Source: Pseudobdellovibrionaceae bacterium
GTDB lineage: Bacteria; Bdellovibrionota; FAC87; UBA2466; JACKAF01
DNA: 64,000 nt
Direction of reading: 5' to 3'
Assembly: GCA_020635235.1 (NCBI GenBank)
Contig: JACKAF010000001.1
Location: 92,743 to 156,742 of the forward strand
The translations under genes and the position numbers were made by a program. A model generated the notes under the pieces. It was given only the letters and a program-made list of their open reading frames with translations. It was not told the origin of the DNA and ran no database searches. This document shows positions 1 through 9,303 of the stretch, piece after piece (positions within the stretch are counted from its first letter, which is position 1; the number at the start of each line of letters is the position of its first letter).

Positions 1-243
1 GATGAGAACCACATAAAATTTTCTTCCACTCGCCCGTAGCTCACCCACGTACTGGCGCCCCTCAGGCCCATTTTCCAAAAATACAATTTGGGAGGCCCCC
101 GAGATGTCGTTGTCCAGCAAGTACTTCAGACTCTCGGCCTGAGAGATCTCCACCACATTTTCTTTTTCCAACACTTCAATAAAGTGGGCTCCCCAAGGCG
201 TGAACTCACCAAGAGTGACAATCCTACACAGAGGAACTTTCAT
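1..243 (-). CDS. Partial CDS (3' part beyond window edge), hypothetical protein MKVPLCRIVTLGEFTPWG...
   Basis: ATG at 243 preceded by AAAAAGGAAATTT; open frame to position 1; 27 nt downstream of the kdd stop. Confidence 0.6.
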   Translation of the reverse strand, partial: MKVPLCRIVTLGEFTPWGAHFIEVLEKENVVEISQAESLKYLLDNDISGASQIVFLENGPEGRQYVGELRASGRKFYVVLI

Positions 244-270
244 AAATTTCCTTTTTAGACCTGATGGGAC

Positions 271-1329
271 TTAGGCCTGATAGCGTTCGCAGAAAAGCTT
301 TTTAAGTTTTGAATGTTGTCGGAGTAAATCCAACGCGTAGTCCGCGTGGCCAGGATAATAGCCGTTGCCAATAATCATCTGGACACTGCTGCCAACGCTT
401 TCTGCTCCCAGAGCGGCCTTGGGAAAAGCAGTCGCCATTCCAAAAAACACGACCTTGGCGTCTGATCGCGCGGCTAAAATGGAGCTGATTTCCGTATTGG
501 GCGCAGAAACTACATTGATGACTACATCTCCCATTTTACCATGGGTAACCGCTTCGAGGCGAGAGAGCACACCCAGACTATCGCTGGCATCCAACTCAAG
601 CACCGCGTCACAGACCTCAAGAGACTTTAGCTGCGCTGCAGCAGCGCTATTGGGCTCTATCCCTATGACTTTTCCGCTTTTTCCGACTTGCTCCCGCGCC
701 GCAACGCTGCAGAGCAGCCCCGCTTTGCCCCCCGCGCCGAAAACAACCACCGTATGCCCGGGCTTCGCCAAGGCATGGCACCAGGCAGGGGCCCCGGCGA
801 CGTCCAGCACCGCGAGCGAGACTATTTCGGGAAGGTCTTCCGGGATCTCCGCTGCAATGCCCGACTCAAAGAGAATCGCGTGCCCCTCCACGTCCATTTG
901 ATGAGTTTCTGGGTATACGCGCAGAACCCGATCCAGATGCAGTGGCGTAGAGGTCAGCGAAACCAGAGTGGCAACCCGCTGCCCGACCTTGGCCGCAAAG
1001 TTCCCCCGGTAGGCGGAACCCACCTGAGATACACGACCCAAAAGCATCCCGCCGGAACCGGTAACAGGGTTCTGTTGCTTTCCATACTCGCGGCAGTTCT
1101 TTAGAACCTGGTCACCAATGACCTTGGGATCGCCCCCAAATTCCTTTTCCATTTGGACGAAGCTTGCGGCATCAATGTTCAGCCGCCGGACGGAAATCAA
1201 TACTTCGTTGGAGTAAATGGGCAGGGAGTTGTCTAACTTGGAGGCTCCCTGAGGCAGTTGGGCCCCGCCGTCCAAAGTGCGGTGGATGCCTAATCGGTGC
1301 CCTGCTTGCTCCCGCTCAGTGAAGGCCAT
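271..1329 (-). CDS. kdd: L-erythro-3,5-diaminohexanoate dehydrogenase (MDR-like)
   Basis: GIHR...LPQ...KLDN...LNIDAASF...GKQQNPVTGSGGMLLG and GAGGKAG motifs typical of Kdd; start moved to ATG 1329, overlapping the upstream gene stop by 14 nt. Confidence 0.85.
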   Translation of the reverse strand: MAFTEREQAGHRLGIHRTLDGGAQLPQGASKLDNSLPIYSNEVLISVRRLNIDAASFVQMEKEFGGDPKVIGDQVLKNCREYGKQQNPVTGSGGMLLGRVSQVGSAYRGNFAAKVGQRVATLVSLTSTPLHLDRVLRVYPETHQMDVEGHAILFESGIAAEIPEDLPEIVSLAVLDVAGAPAWCHALAKPGHTVVVFGAGGKAGLLCSVAAREQVGKSGKVIGIEPNSAAAAQLKSLEVCDAVLELDASDSLGVLSRLEAVTHGKMGDVVINVVSAPNTEISSILAARSDAKVVFFGMATAFPKAALGAESVGSSVQMIIGNGYYPGHADYALDLLRQHSKLKKLFCERYQA

Positions 1330-2359
1330 ACAGACGTTCCTCGGCCAGTTGATCCGCGACGACAAACGGCGCAATCCCTTGGTCCTTGGCCCGTCTTAAG
1401 ATTTCAGCGACGGTGTCGTAGATGTGATCGGCCTTGTCCAAAGCTTTGGCCGAGTCGTACCCCTCAAATTCTTGGTACACATTGATGATACCGCCCGAAT
1501 TAACGGCATAGTCCGGCGCGTACACGATACCGCGCTCATGAAGGCGGAGTCCGTCCTGCGGGGTAGCCAGCTGGTTGTTCGCGGCGCCGACAACTGCCCG
1601 GCAGCGCAAGCGCTCAACCGTATCCGCATTCAAAATCGCACCGATCGCACAAGGAGAAAAAATGTCACACTCGACGTCATAAATAGCATCTCGGGCGACT
1701 GGATGGGCCCCAAGTTCCGCCTCGGCCTTTTGCACTCGCCGAGGATCGACGTCGGTCACCCAAATCTCGCCTCCCCCTTCATGCACGCGCTCCGCAAGAG
1801 AGTAGCCAACGTGCCCGAGACCTTGAATGGCCACGCGCACCCCAGAGAGTGAGCGGGTGCCGTTTAGAAACTCTACCGTTGCCTCCAGCGCTCGGTAGAC
1901 TCCACGAGCGGTGACCGGAGACGGATCCCCGCTGGATTTCTCCATCCCGTCGATACCCAATACGTGAAGGGTCTTCTTCTTCACTTCGATCAGGTCCTCA
2001 CTCGTCGTATTCATGTCTTTGGCGGCAATGTACTTTCCACCAAACGAAGCTACGAACTCGCCAAAGGCCTGAAAAAGTGCGGGATCTTTCTTGCTGGGGT
2101 CCTGAATGATGACGCTTTTCCCACCGCCAAACGAGATGCCAGCCAACGCGGATTTATAGGACATCCCCTTGGAGAGCCTCAAAACATCCCGCAGGGCCTC
2201 GTCTTTGCTCTGGTAGGGGAGGAGTCGGATACCGCCACAGGCAGGACCTAGGTTGGTGTTGTGTATCGCTACTATCGCCGATAGCCCCACCTCAGGAACC
2301 TGGGCGTGGACGACGCGCTCATAACCATCGATTTTTATTTCTTCAATATTCAAAGTCAT
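1316..2359 (-). CDS. ldh: Leu/Phe/Val dehydrogenase
   Basis: GPACGGIR, GMSYK, GGGKSVI, GDPSPVTARGV, GLGHVG, GAANNQL motifs; ATG 2359 with GGGGAGGG RBS. Confidence 0.9.
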   Translation of the reverse strand: MTLNIEEIKIDGYERVVHAQVPEVGLSAIVAIHNTNLGPACGGIRLLPYQSKDEALRDVLRLSKGMSYKSALAGISFGGGKSVIIQDPSKKDPALFQAFGEFVASFGGKYIAAKDMNTTSEDLIEVKKKTLHVLGIDGMEKSSGDPSPVTARGVYRALEATVEFLNGTRSLSGVRVAIQGLGHVGYSLAERVHEGGGEIWVTDVDPRRVQKAEAELGAHPVARDAIYDVECDIFSPCAIGAILNADTVERLRCRAVVGAANNQLATPQDGLRLHERGIVYAPDYAVNSGGIINVYQEFEGYDSAKALDKADHIYDTVAEILRRAKDQGIAPFVVADQLAEERLYGLH

Positions 2360-2541
2360 ATGATTAAATCCCTCCCCCGTCTCAACCCTTGGCTGAGACC
2401 CATGCTGGTGGCCTAGACTACAGGAAGTACCCTCCAAATTGCAATGTCAGGTGCGCCGTACGTTACAATCCCGCAAAAAGTTGACGATCCCCCGTTTTCC
2501 GAAGTAAAAGTCTTTAGTTCGGCTTGGGGTAGAACAAAAAC

Positions 2542-3180
2542 ATGTCAAAGAGATTCATCGCCATTGCAGGGAATATTGGTTCGGGAAAGACCACCCTCAC
2601 GAAGTTGCTTTCGGCGCGCTACCAGTGGCAACCCTACTATGAAGTCGTGAACGACAATCCCTATCTAGCGGATTTTTACAGTGACATGCGACGGTGGTCG
2701 CTCCAGCTCCAGATATTTTTTCTGTCCAAACGCTTTCAAGCGCACCAGGAGATTACCCGCAGCTCCTCGTCCGCCATCCAGGACCGCTCCATCTACGAGG
2801 ACGTCCACATTTTTGCGCGAACGTTGTTTGACTCTGAGAACATGTCCACGCGGGACTACCAAAACTACCTGCAGCTCTACGAGAACATGGTTCAGTTTTT
2901 GACGCCTCCCGATCTGGTGGTCTATGTGCACCGCTCGGTGGAGGGCCTGAAAGAGCGCATCCGGGAACGGGGACGTCACTACGAACAGGATATCTCGGAC
3001 GACTATCTCGCGCGTCTCAATGAGCGCTACGACGAGTGGATTTCAAATTACAAGATCGGTAAGGTACTTACCGTAGAGGCAGACGGACTAGATTGGAAGC
3101 ATAAGGGCGAAGATCTTGAGTATATCTGCCAGAGTATTGAAAGCTCGCTGGAACAGCCCGAGCTATTTACCACCTGCTGA
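2542..3180 (+). CDS. Deoxynucleoside kinase (dCK/dGK family)
   Basis: P-loop GNIGSGKTT, QDRSIYED, RIRERGRHYE lid. Confidence 0.9.
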   Translation: MSKRFIAIAGNIGSGKTTLTKLLSARYQWQPYYEVVNDNPYLADFYSDMRRWSLQLQIFFLSKRFQAHQEITRSSSSAIQDRSIYEDVHIFARTLFDSENMSTRDYQNYLQLYENMVQFLTPPDLVVYVHRSVEGLKERIRERGRHYEQDISDDYLARLNERYDEWISNYKIGKVLTVEADGLDWKHKGEDLEYICQSIESSLEQPELFTTC

Positions 3181-3183
3181 TTT

Positions 3184-4311
3184 CTAAACATTCGCACTGC
3201 TGGTGTAGGAATCCGGAATTTCTTTCTTGGTGATGATGTCGGCCAATTTAAAATGATCCGGTAGGCCTATTTGCTGGCTCACCTTTGTCACATCGACGGG
3301 TCGGCGGACATCGCAGTAAAGCCTTTTGGCAGATTCAATCCGTTTAACAGATTCCTGAATTTTTGAAAGAGGAATGGCTTTTTCTTCTACGGCCTTGATC
3401 ACTGCCTCAACTGCTTCAACCGGGATCTTTGTCCCCTTGTAGATCAGGCAATCACAACCTGCGTTTACGGCAAGCACAGCTGCCTGCTCCACAGTATATT
3501 CGGCCGCTATCGCCTTCATTTCCATGTCATCAGAGAAAATCACACGGTTAAACCGCATCAGATCCCTCAGGTAGGTCTGAATTGTCTTCTCTGAAAGCGT
3601 TGCAGGAAACTCAGCGTCCAAAGCCTTATTCAAAATGTGGGCCGTCATCACTCCATCTATGCGGCCGCGGATCGCGCGTCTAAAAGGGATCCACTCACAG
3701 GCCTCCAACTCCTCAACACTCTTGTCGCAACGCGGGAGTTTAAAATGAGAATCCTCTTTTACATCGCCGTGTCCAGGAAAATGCTTGGCAACTGCCATCA
3801 CGCCGTTGCGCTGAATCCCGCGCGCTACGGCGGAGCCCAACTTGGCACAAACTTCGGGATCGCTAGAAAAAGATCTGCTCTTGATAACTGTATTTTCAGA
3901 GTTGGTATACACATCCACAACTGGTGCAAAGTTGACGTTAACACCAACCGCTTTGAGCTCTTTGGCAAGAATGGCGCCAAAATCATAACCAATTTTGGGT
4001 GACCCCAACTCTCCCAAGTGATCATTACCCGGAAATTTTGTGAAGGGTTTCACAAGGCGATTGACCTTGCCTCCTTCATGATCGATCGAGATAAACATCG
4101 GAGGGGCATCCGGCTGGCGGTATGTAAACTGCAGCTCATTGCTAAGTTCGGCCAATTGACCGGGCGACTGTACATTCTTCTTGAAATAGATGACGCCGCC
4201 TAAATTGTAGGACTTGATGAATTGGGCAAATTCGTTGGAAACGGAATACCCGTCAAAGCCCACTACAAAAAGCTGACCGACTAATTTCTTAACTTCTTTT
4301 ATGGAGGCCAT
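3184..4311 (-). CDS. nagZ: Beta-N-acetylhexosaminidase (GH3)
   Basis: IDHEGGKV, KHFPGHGD..DSH, FSDDMEM motifs. Confidence 0.9.
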   Translation of the reverse strand: MASIKEVKKLVGQLFVVGFDGYSVSNEFAQFIKSYNLGGVIYFKKNVQSPGQLAELSNELQFTYRQPDAPPMFISIDHEGGKVNRLVKPFTKFPGNDHLGELGSPKIGYDFGAILAKELKAVGVNVNFAPVVDVYTNSENTVIKSRSFSSDPEVCAKLGSAVARGIQRNGVMAVAKHFPGHGDVKEDSHFKLPRCDKSVEELEACEWIPFRRAIRGRIDGVMTAHILNKALDAEFPATLSEKTIQTYLRDLMRFNRVIFSDDMEMKAIAAEYTVEQAAVLAVNAGCDCLIYKGTKIPVEAVEAVIKAVEEKAIPLSKIQESVKRIESAKRLYCDVRRPVDVTKVSQQIGLPDHFKLADIITKKEIPDSYTSSANV

Positions 4312-4381
4312 TTACGTACCAGTCGCAAAACGCTTAGTTAGTATAGGAGCGGCTTCCACGGCTGGCAAGCGCCAAGCAGCG

Positions 4382-5359
4382 TCAGCAATTGGAACCGTCT
4401 TTCAAACACTGTCTAACAGCTTGAAGCACGTCGCATTTGACGTCTTCCAGCGTCCCGCGAACAAGCGTGCCGGCGGCAAAGGGGTGCCCTCCGCCATCGA
4501 ACTGCTCAGCGAGGGCCAAAACCGAGACGTCCACACTACGCAGGCTCACTTTTACCAAACCCGCCGGATCCTCTCTGAAAAGTATGCCCACCCGCACCCC
4601 TTTCATCAAAGTGAGGTGCTCCACGAAAGAATGTGTGTCCTCAATAGTCGCCCCATACTTTTCTCGCAACGCGGCAGGGATGGTCAGTACAGCGACCTGC
4701 TGTTTTTCCAAGAGTTCGACTTCACGAAGAACGTGTCCAAAGAGCCGCACTTTCCCAACACTGTCTTGCGCATAAAGCCTTTGGTAAACGTCTTCAACGT
4801 CGACCTTAACCTTAAGTAATTCTCCGAGAGTCTTGTGGAAGCCCTCGGTGGTTCCCCGGAAACGGAAGGCACTAGCATCGGTAATCATCGCCGCATAAAT
4901 TGCCGTCGCCATCTGCGGGTCCAGGCGCACTCCCAATGCCTTGAGGAGGTAGAAAACCAGCTCCCCCGTCGCCTGACAGGAAACATCGACCCAGTGTACC
5001 TCTCGTCCAGGCTCCTGAACGGGGGGATGGTGATCCAGAAAAACAACTGGACAGCCAATTTTTTGCAAGGGTTCAGCAAAACTCCCCAACATCCGCCAGT
5101 CGCCCGTGTCGGCGACAATAACCAGATCCACTCCCTTAAGATCGCTGGGAGATCGGAAAAGCTGGATAGTCTGGGCCGGATCGAGAAAACTAAATTTGGA
5201 AGGTATCGCGTCCACATTCATTGCAATGGCGTTTTTGCCGAGCTGCTTCAACCCGGAGTACAGGGCGATTTGCGATCCCAAACCGTCGCCATCCGGATAG
5301 TGGTGTGTCGTAATCAGGGGCCGCTTTGACGACTTGATCAGATCAATGACTCGTTCCAT
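4382..5359 (-). CDS. nrnA: DHH/DHHA1 oligoribonuclease / pAp phosphatase
   Basis: H..PDGDG.GS, DHH, GGGHPFAAG motifs; start moved to ATG 5359. Confidence 0.85.
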   Translation of the reverse strand: MERVIDLIKSSKRPLITTHHYPDGDGLGSQIALYSGLKQLGKNAIAMNVDAIPSKFSFLDPAQTIQLFRSPSDLKGVDLVIVADTGDWRMLGSFAEPLQKIGCPVVFLDHHPPVQEPGREVHWVDVSCQATGELVFYLLKALGVRLDPQMATAIYAAMITDASAFRFRGTTEGFHKTLGELLKVKVDVEDVYQRLYAQDSVGKVRLFGHVLREVELLEKQQVAVLTIPAALREKYGATIEDTHSFVEHLTLMKGVRVGILFREDPAGLVKVSLRSVDVSVLALAEQFDGGGHPFAAGTLVRGTLEDVKCDVLQAVRQCLKDGSNC

Positions 5360-5437
5360 CACAACCCCAAGCATCAGTTGCCGCAAAAACCGGCCGGTGT
5401 TAACGTTTAGCAGAGATTCGTTTTTATCGTACTTTTT

Positions 5438-6211
5438 ATGCCCAAGCTACTGTTAGTGTTTATTTTGCTACTTGCCGGTTCCGTGGCGAATGCCAGCACG
5501 GTAGTGCTCGTTACTTCCAGCCAGAAAATGGTCGCGATCAGTAATGGGGACGATCGCAGTTGGGCGGTGAACGAAGATTTCTGTATCATTCAAGATGAAC
5601 AGGAAATCGCTTGCGGCAAAGTTGTTAAAACTAAGGATCGCGCCGCCTTCGGTCGCATCGACACCCGCACCAGCCAAATTAAGAAGGGCGCTACCGTCGA
5701 GTACAGAGAGACCGCCACTGCAAAAGAAGAGCAACGCTTCTTTATCCGGACAGAGGCAAATCCTCATGAGTGGTTCAATCTGGCGGATTTGACGATTTCC
5801 TCACATTGGCAGGGAATTGGCCTGAATATACAGCAGTCCATTCTTCCAAATTTCTCGATGAGCATCATGCCTACGGTGATTTTTCGGCAGCAAACCTCCT
5901 TGGGGCAAATTGACGGCTTTGCGATTTACTTGGGTATTAATTACTACGGTAGTTATCTCTATAGTGGATTCTGGGCACAGATGGGGGCAGGACTCAGTCT
6001 CTACCGAGGTTATGTAGGTGCCAACACGGAAAGAAAAACCAGTCCCATCGCACATACCACGCTTGGTTGGCGCTGGAGATTCGGAAGTGGCTTTAACTTT
6101 GCCTTGGCGGGCGGGGTCCAGTGGTTTCTTTTCAACCGGCTAGACAACTTTGACTTAGGATTTTCGGGGGTTCTCCCCATCGTCATCGCCGACGTCGGCT
6201 GGGTCTTCTAA
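5438..6211 (+). CDS. Predicted outer-membrane beta-barrel protein with small N-terminal Cys-pair domain (DUF3575-like barrel)
   Basis: Signal peptide, amphipathic strands, C-terminal ...DVGWVF. Confidence 0.55.
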   Translation: MPKLLLVFILLLAGSVANASTVVLVTSSQKMVAISNGDDRSWAVNEDFCIIQDEQEIACGKVVKTKDRAAFGRIDTRTSQIKKGATVEYRETATAKEEQRFFIRTEANPHEWFNLADLTISSHWQGIGLNIQQSILPNFSMSIMPTVIFRQQTSLGQIDGFAIYLGINYYGSYLYSGFWAQMGAGLSLYRGYVGANTERKTSPIAHTTLGWRWRFGSGFNFALAGGVQWFLFNRLDNFDLGFSGVLPIVIADVGWVF

Positions 6212-6261
6212 GCTCATCTTTTTATTCAAAACTTTCGATAAGTAAGCAGAGACTCTAAACC

Positions 6262-7134
6262 GTGCGTCCGCTTGCATTCATTTTGCTTATTTTTTGCACC
6301 GCCTCGGCGATGGCGGCGCGCGTTATCGAAATCGGGCCCGACTACGAATGGCTATACGTGTCACATGACGGGGAAAAGCGTTGGGCACGGGGGCAAAACG
6401 CCTGCGTAGGTCCAGAGGCAAACCCTATCGCGTGCGGCCGCATCGTGGACGTGCTTGCGCACTACGCCAAACTTGAAATCGACACGCACGTTTCGCAGCC
6501 CGCGACGCCCCAAATCAACGAGGGGAAGGAAGGGACCTTCATAAGCGTTCGCTTCCGACGGGTTCCTATTCGTGTGGGGGCATTCGTGAAAGAAAAGAAC
6601 TGGAAACGCGCTCCAGCCTCCGCGCCCGACGAGCCCATCCAGAGCGTGGCTGAAGCCAAACCCGATCTCAACCACTACGAACTTCTGAGGGACGACATCT
6701 ACCCGCTTAACGCAGCAACCATTGGGCTCAATTTGGTTTTCCCAGTATTTCATTTTCAGCAAGCGCTTACCCAACACTTTGCCTTCGGTTTGGGAGTTAC
6801 TCACATGACGCTACCAACAGAAGCGGGACAGTTCATCGGGCCTGGGGCGATGTTCACCTTTAATTGGTATTCCGCGGCACCTTTTACGGGTTGGTATGTA
6901 GAGCTTGGAGTCGCGGCCTATGATCTTCGCGCCCAGCAGGCTTCGATCTCGGAGGCAATCGTCGGCCTTTCAGGAATGCTCTACTTCGGCCACAGATGGC
7001 GCTGGAGTTGGGGTCTTAACTTCGGAATTGGTGTCGGAGCACAAGGCTTCTACACGACCCCACAAAGTTTGGCGTCGCTCACCATCCCGACCGTACTCCC
7101 TTCCTTCTTAATGGATATCGGGCTTAGTTTTTAG
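6262..7134 (+). CDS. Paralogue of the preceding OM beta-barrel protein
   Basis: Signal peptide, same C-x9-CG domain, HRWRWSWGLNFGIGVG, C-terminal ...DIGLSF. Confidence 0.55.
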   Translation: MRPLAFILLIFCTASAMAARVIEIGPDYEWLYVSHDGEKRWARGQNACVGPEANPIACGRIVDVLAHYAKLEIDTHVSQPATPQINEGKEGTFISVRFRRVPIRVGAFVKEKNWKRAPASAPDEPIQSVAEAKPDLNHYELLRDDIYPLNAATIGLNLVFPVFHFQQALTQHFAFGLGVTHMTLPTEAGQFIGPGAMFTFNWYSAAPFTGWYVELGVAAYDLRAQQASISEAIVGLSGMLYFGHRWRWSWGLNFGIGVGAQGFYTTPQSLASLTIPTVLPSFLMDIGLSF

Positions 7135-7980
7135 CTATTCTTTGGCCTTCAGATCTGGAAAATCTTGGTAGTCAGCAGCGTCTAACGGTGCTCCCGCTCG
7201 GCCAATCGGGTAGTCGTCGGCTTCTTCCAAACCGATTCGCTTACCAAAACGAGTAACGCGATCCTTGATTCTACCAAGCAAGAGCTCAACGTTTTCTTCA
7301 TCACTAAGCTTCGGATCTTCGGATCCCAAGTCGCGTTTGAAGTTTGTATTTTTGGCGAAGTTAGTGAGCGCCACTTTCAGCAGCGGAATTTGTAGAAAAT
7401 TAGGTTTGAAAATGGGTGCCGCACCTGTTCTAGGAGGCTGCGGACTAGGACTGTTCGAAGCTTGCGGCAATTCTTGCGGACTGGCCTTTGCTTCGCGGCT
7501 TTTCTCTGTTTTATCGGAACGCTCAGCTCCTTCTTGTTTTTTTTCGTCCAGCAGTTTCTCTAGTGAGTTTCCCAAGTTCTGCTTCGCATTGGCGCTTACC
7601 AACTCGATCGCAAGAATGGTTGCCTGACGCATGTCTTTTTCGAGAGCCAAAATCTCTTCTTTAATCTTGCCGTCTTTTTCTTTTTTAGCTTTTTCAGACC
7701 AATCGTAAAAATCAGGGTAATCTTTGGCGACCTGTTCAAACGGCCTAAAGTTGTCTTTAAGAAAAGCTAGATCTTCTTTTTTGAGAAGCTCTGATTTGCC
7801 CGCTACATAGTCTGCAGAAGACGCCACATCTGGGTCGCAGCTCGTCCCACTACCGTTCGCACAAGCATCTGCAAGGGCGGCTCTCAGTGCTCGCTCCGAA
7901 TGGGATGCCTGTTCCGCCGCTACTATGTAGTACGACGAAACCAAAATTAGAAGAACTGCAAACCTTCTGTATACGTTCAT
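7135..7980 (-). CDS. Hypothetical secreted Lys/Glu-rich protein
   Basis: ATG 7980 with GGAG RBS, signal-peptide-like N-terminus; the ORF-track TTG start overlaps a sigma54 promoter. Confidence 0.65.
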   Translation of the reverse strand: MNVYRRFAVLLILVSSYYIVAAEQASHSERALRAALADACANGSGTSCDPDVASSADYVAGKSELLKKEDLAFLKDNFRPFEQVAKDYPDFYDWSEKAKKEKDGKIKEEILALEKDMRQATILAIELVSANAKQNLGNSLEKLLDEKKQEGAERSDKTEKSREAKASPQELPQASNSPSPQPPRTGAAPIFKPNFLQIPLLKVALTNFAKNTNFKRDLGSEDPKLSDEENVELLLGRIKDRVTRFGKRIGLEEADDYPIGRAGAPLDAADYQDFPDLKAKE

Positions 7981-8017
7981 GGCTACTCCAATCACAAGTC
8001 GGCCTTGATTTCTGAGG

Positions 8018-8033
8018 TGCAAACTAAGAGCCA
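8018..8033 (-). promoter_or_regulatory. sigma54-like promoter TGGCTCTTAGTTTGCA
   Basis: GG-N10-GC with TGGC and TTGCA; predicted TSS ~8007, RBS and ATG 7980 downstream. Confidence 0.55.
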
Positions 8034-8095
8034 AATTGTCGAGGGTAAAAATGGGCGGAATACTAGAGGTAAACGTCTAGGCGGCGAAGCTCCAG

Positions 8096-8482
8096 CTACT
8101 TTTTGGTGGCTTCGACGTAGCGTAGGCGGACTTCGGTAAGTAGGCTAGTGACAAGCTCCGCTTCCTCGTTGCTCAGATTTCCACGGGTCTTGTCTACAAG
8201 CATCGCCAAAATGTCGATATTTTGTTTGGCGAGATTTACATCCTTGTGAGTCTTTTTTGTAATCGGGTCGGGTGAGAGGCCCAGATTAATCAATGCACCG
8301 GTCGCGAGCGAAAATACAAACGTCGAAAAGTCTACCTCTCCGGGGTGGGAGGGCGACGAGTCAGATTTGCCCGAATCTTTCATCACAAATCCATCGCCTT
8401 CCGACTCTTTGGTCTCCGCTTTGGAGTCCTTGGCGGAAAATCGGCGATCAATAACCTTGATTTCCTCGTCCTTTGAATTCAT
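8096..8482 (-). CDS. DUF1844 domain protein
   Basis: FSTFVFSLA...LG...P......D...AKQNIDIL.ML..KTRGNL..EE..L...L.E.R..YV pattern; TGATG overlap with upstream gene. Confidence 0.8.
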   Translation of the reverse strand: MNSKDEEIKVIDRRFSAKDSKAETKESEGDGFVMKDSGKSDSSPSHPGEVDFSTFVFSLATGALINLGLSPDPITKKTHKDVNLAKQNIDILAMLVDKTRGNLSNEEAELVTSLLTEVRLRYVEATKK

Positions 8483-9165
8483 CAAACTTTTCCTTCGGCA
8501 ACGTCGGCCTTAACCTCAGGGGCGGATGCAGGCTTGGGGGCCTCTTTTTTGGGTTCCGCCGGCTTCTTCGAGGCCGCTTTTGCTTTTGCCTGAGCGATAA
8601 GATTCTTCAACTTGTCTTTTCGTACCACCAGTTCGGAGTAATCAAGCGAACTGACTGAAGGCGCATCCTGATCTACGGGCGCTAGCTTATTCAAACCAGT
8701 AACCTTAGTGGGTTTGGAAGCTAGAAGTTTTCTAAACGCTCCAATGTAAAAAGTTTTGTGCAAACAAAGTTCATCGGTCGTTCTCAAACTGACCGTTATG
8801 AGAGCTTCGCGGGACTTGATAGAGCCATCAGAAAGAAATTCTTTAAACTCGTCCGGGAGGATGACCGGCTGCCAAAACGGACCCTTGGCAGGCGGATCCA
8901 TTGTCACTGTGAACCGCATTTCTTTCTTAACTGCGCTCGGGGAGAGAACGTTGACCGTCAAGCGGTACGCCTCAATGGCGTAAACGGCGGGATCCCAACT
9001 GAACCAGTAAGCCAACTGGCCATTGTCTCCGGTTCCCGAAACCCCAAATTTCGGCCGCGCCGCGCGGGCCCGTACACTCAAGACCCCAAGTACCAGAGCA
9101 TAAAACCCAACCAGCACGGTCGCCGTGCCTACTACCGCCCCAAAAAGGGTCAACAAGACTGACAT
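8482..9165 (-). CDS. Hypothetical membrane-anchored protein
   Basis: N-terminal TM helix, Lys/Pro/Ala-rich tail, GGAG RBS, coupled to DUF1844. Confidence 0.65.
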   Translation of the reverse strand: MSVLLTLFGAVVGTATVLVGFYALVLGVLSVRARAARPKFGVSGTGDNGQLAYWFSWDPAVYAIEAYRLTVNVLSPSAVKKEMRFTVTMDPPAKGPFWQPVILPDEFKEFLSDGSIKSREALITVSLRTTDELCLHKTFYIGAFRKLLASKPTKVTGLNKLAPVDQDAPSVSSLDYSELVVRKDKLKNLIAQAKAKAASKKPAEPKKEAPKPASAPEVKADVAEGKV

Positions 9166-9303
9166 TTTTTAGTCTCCACGCCTCAGTAAAAACGGGCTTC
9201 TTTTTACCATATTCCCACCCCACCGCAAATTTCCTTTCGGTATCTCAAAGCTTTACCCTGGCGCGCCATGAAAGGCCTTTGGGGCTGAGCTAAACTAGTT
9301 TGG

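Noticed and set aside
2360-2437. ORF-track N-terminal extension MEGTSC of ldh matches the start of the 25-aa ORF at 18233 (MEGTSC)
   Set aside because: DNA differs at most codon third positions, the extension lies upstream of the real RBS, and there is no further similarity; treated as coincidence.
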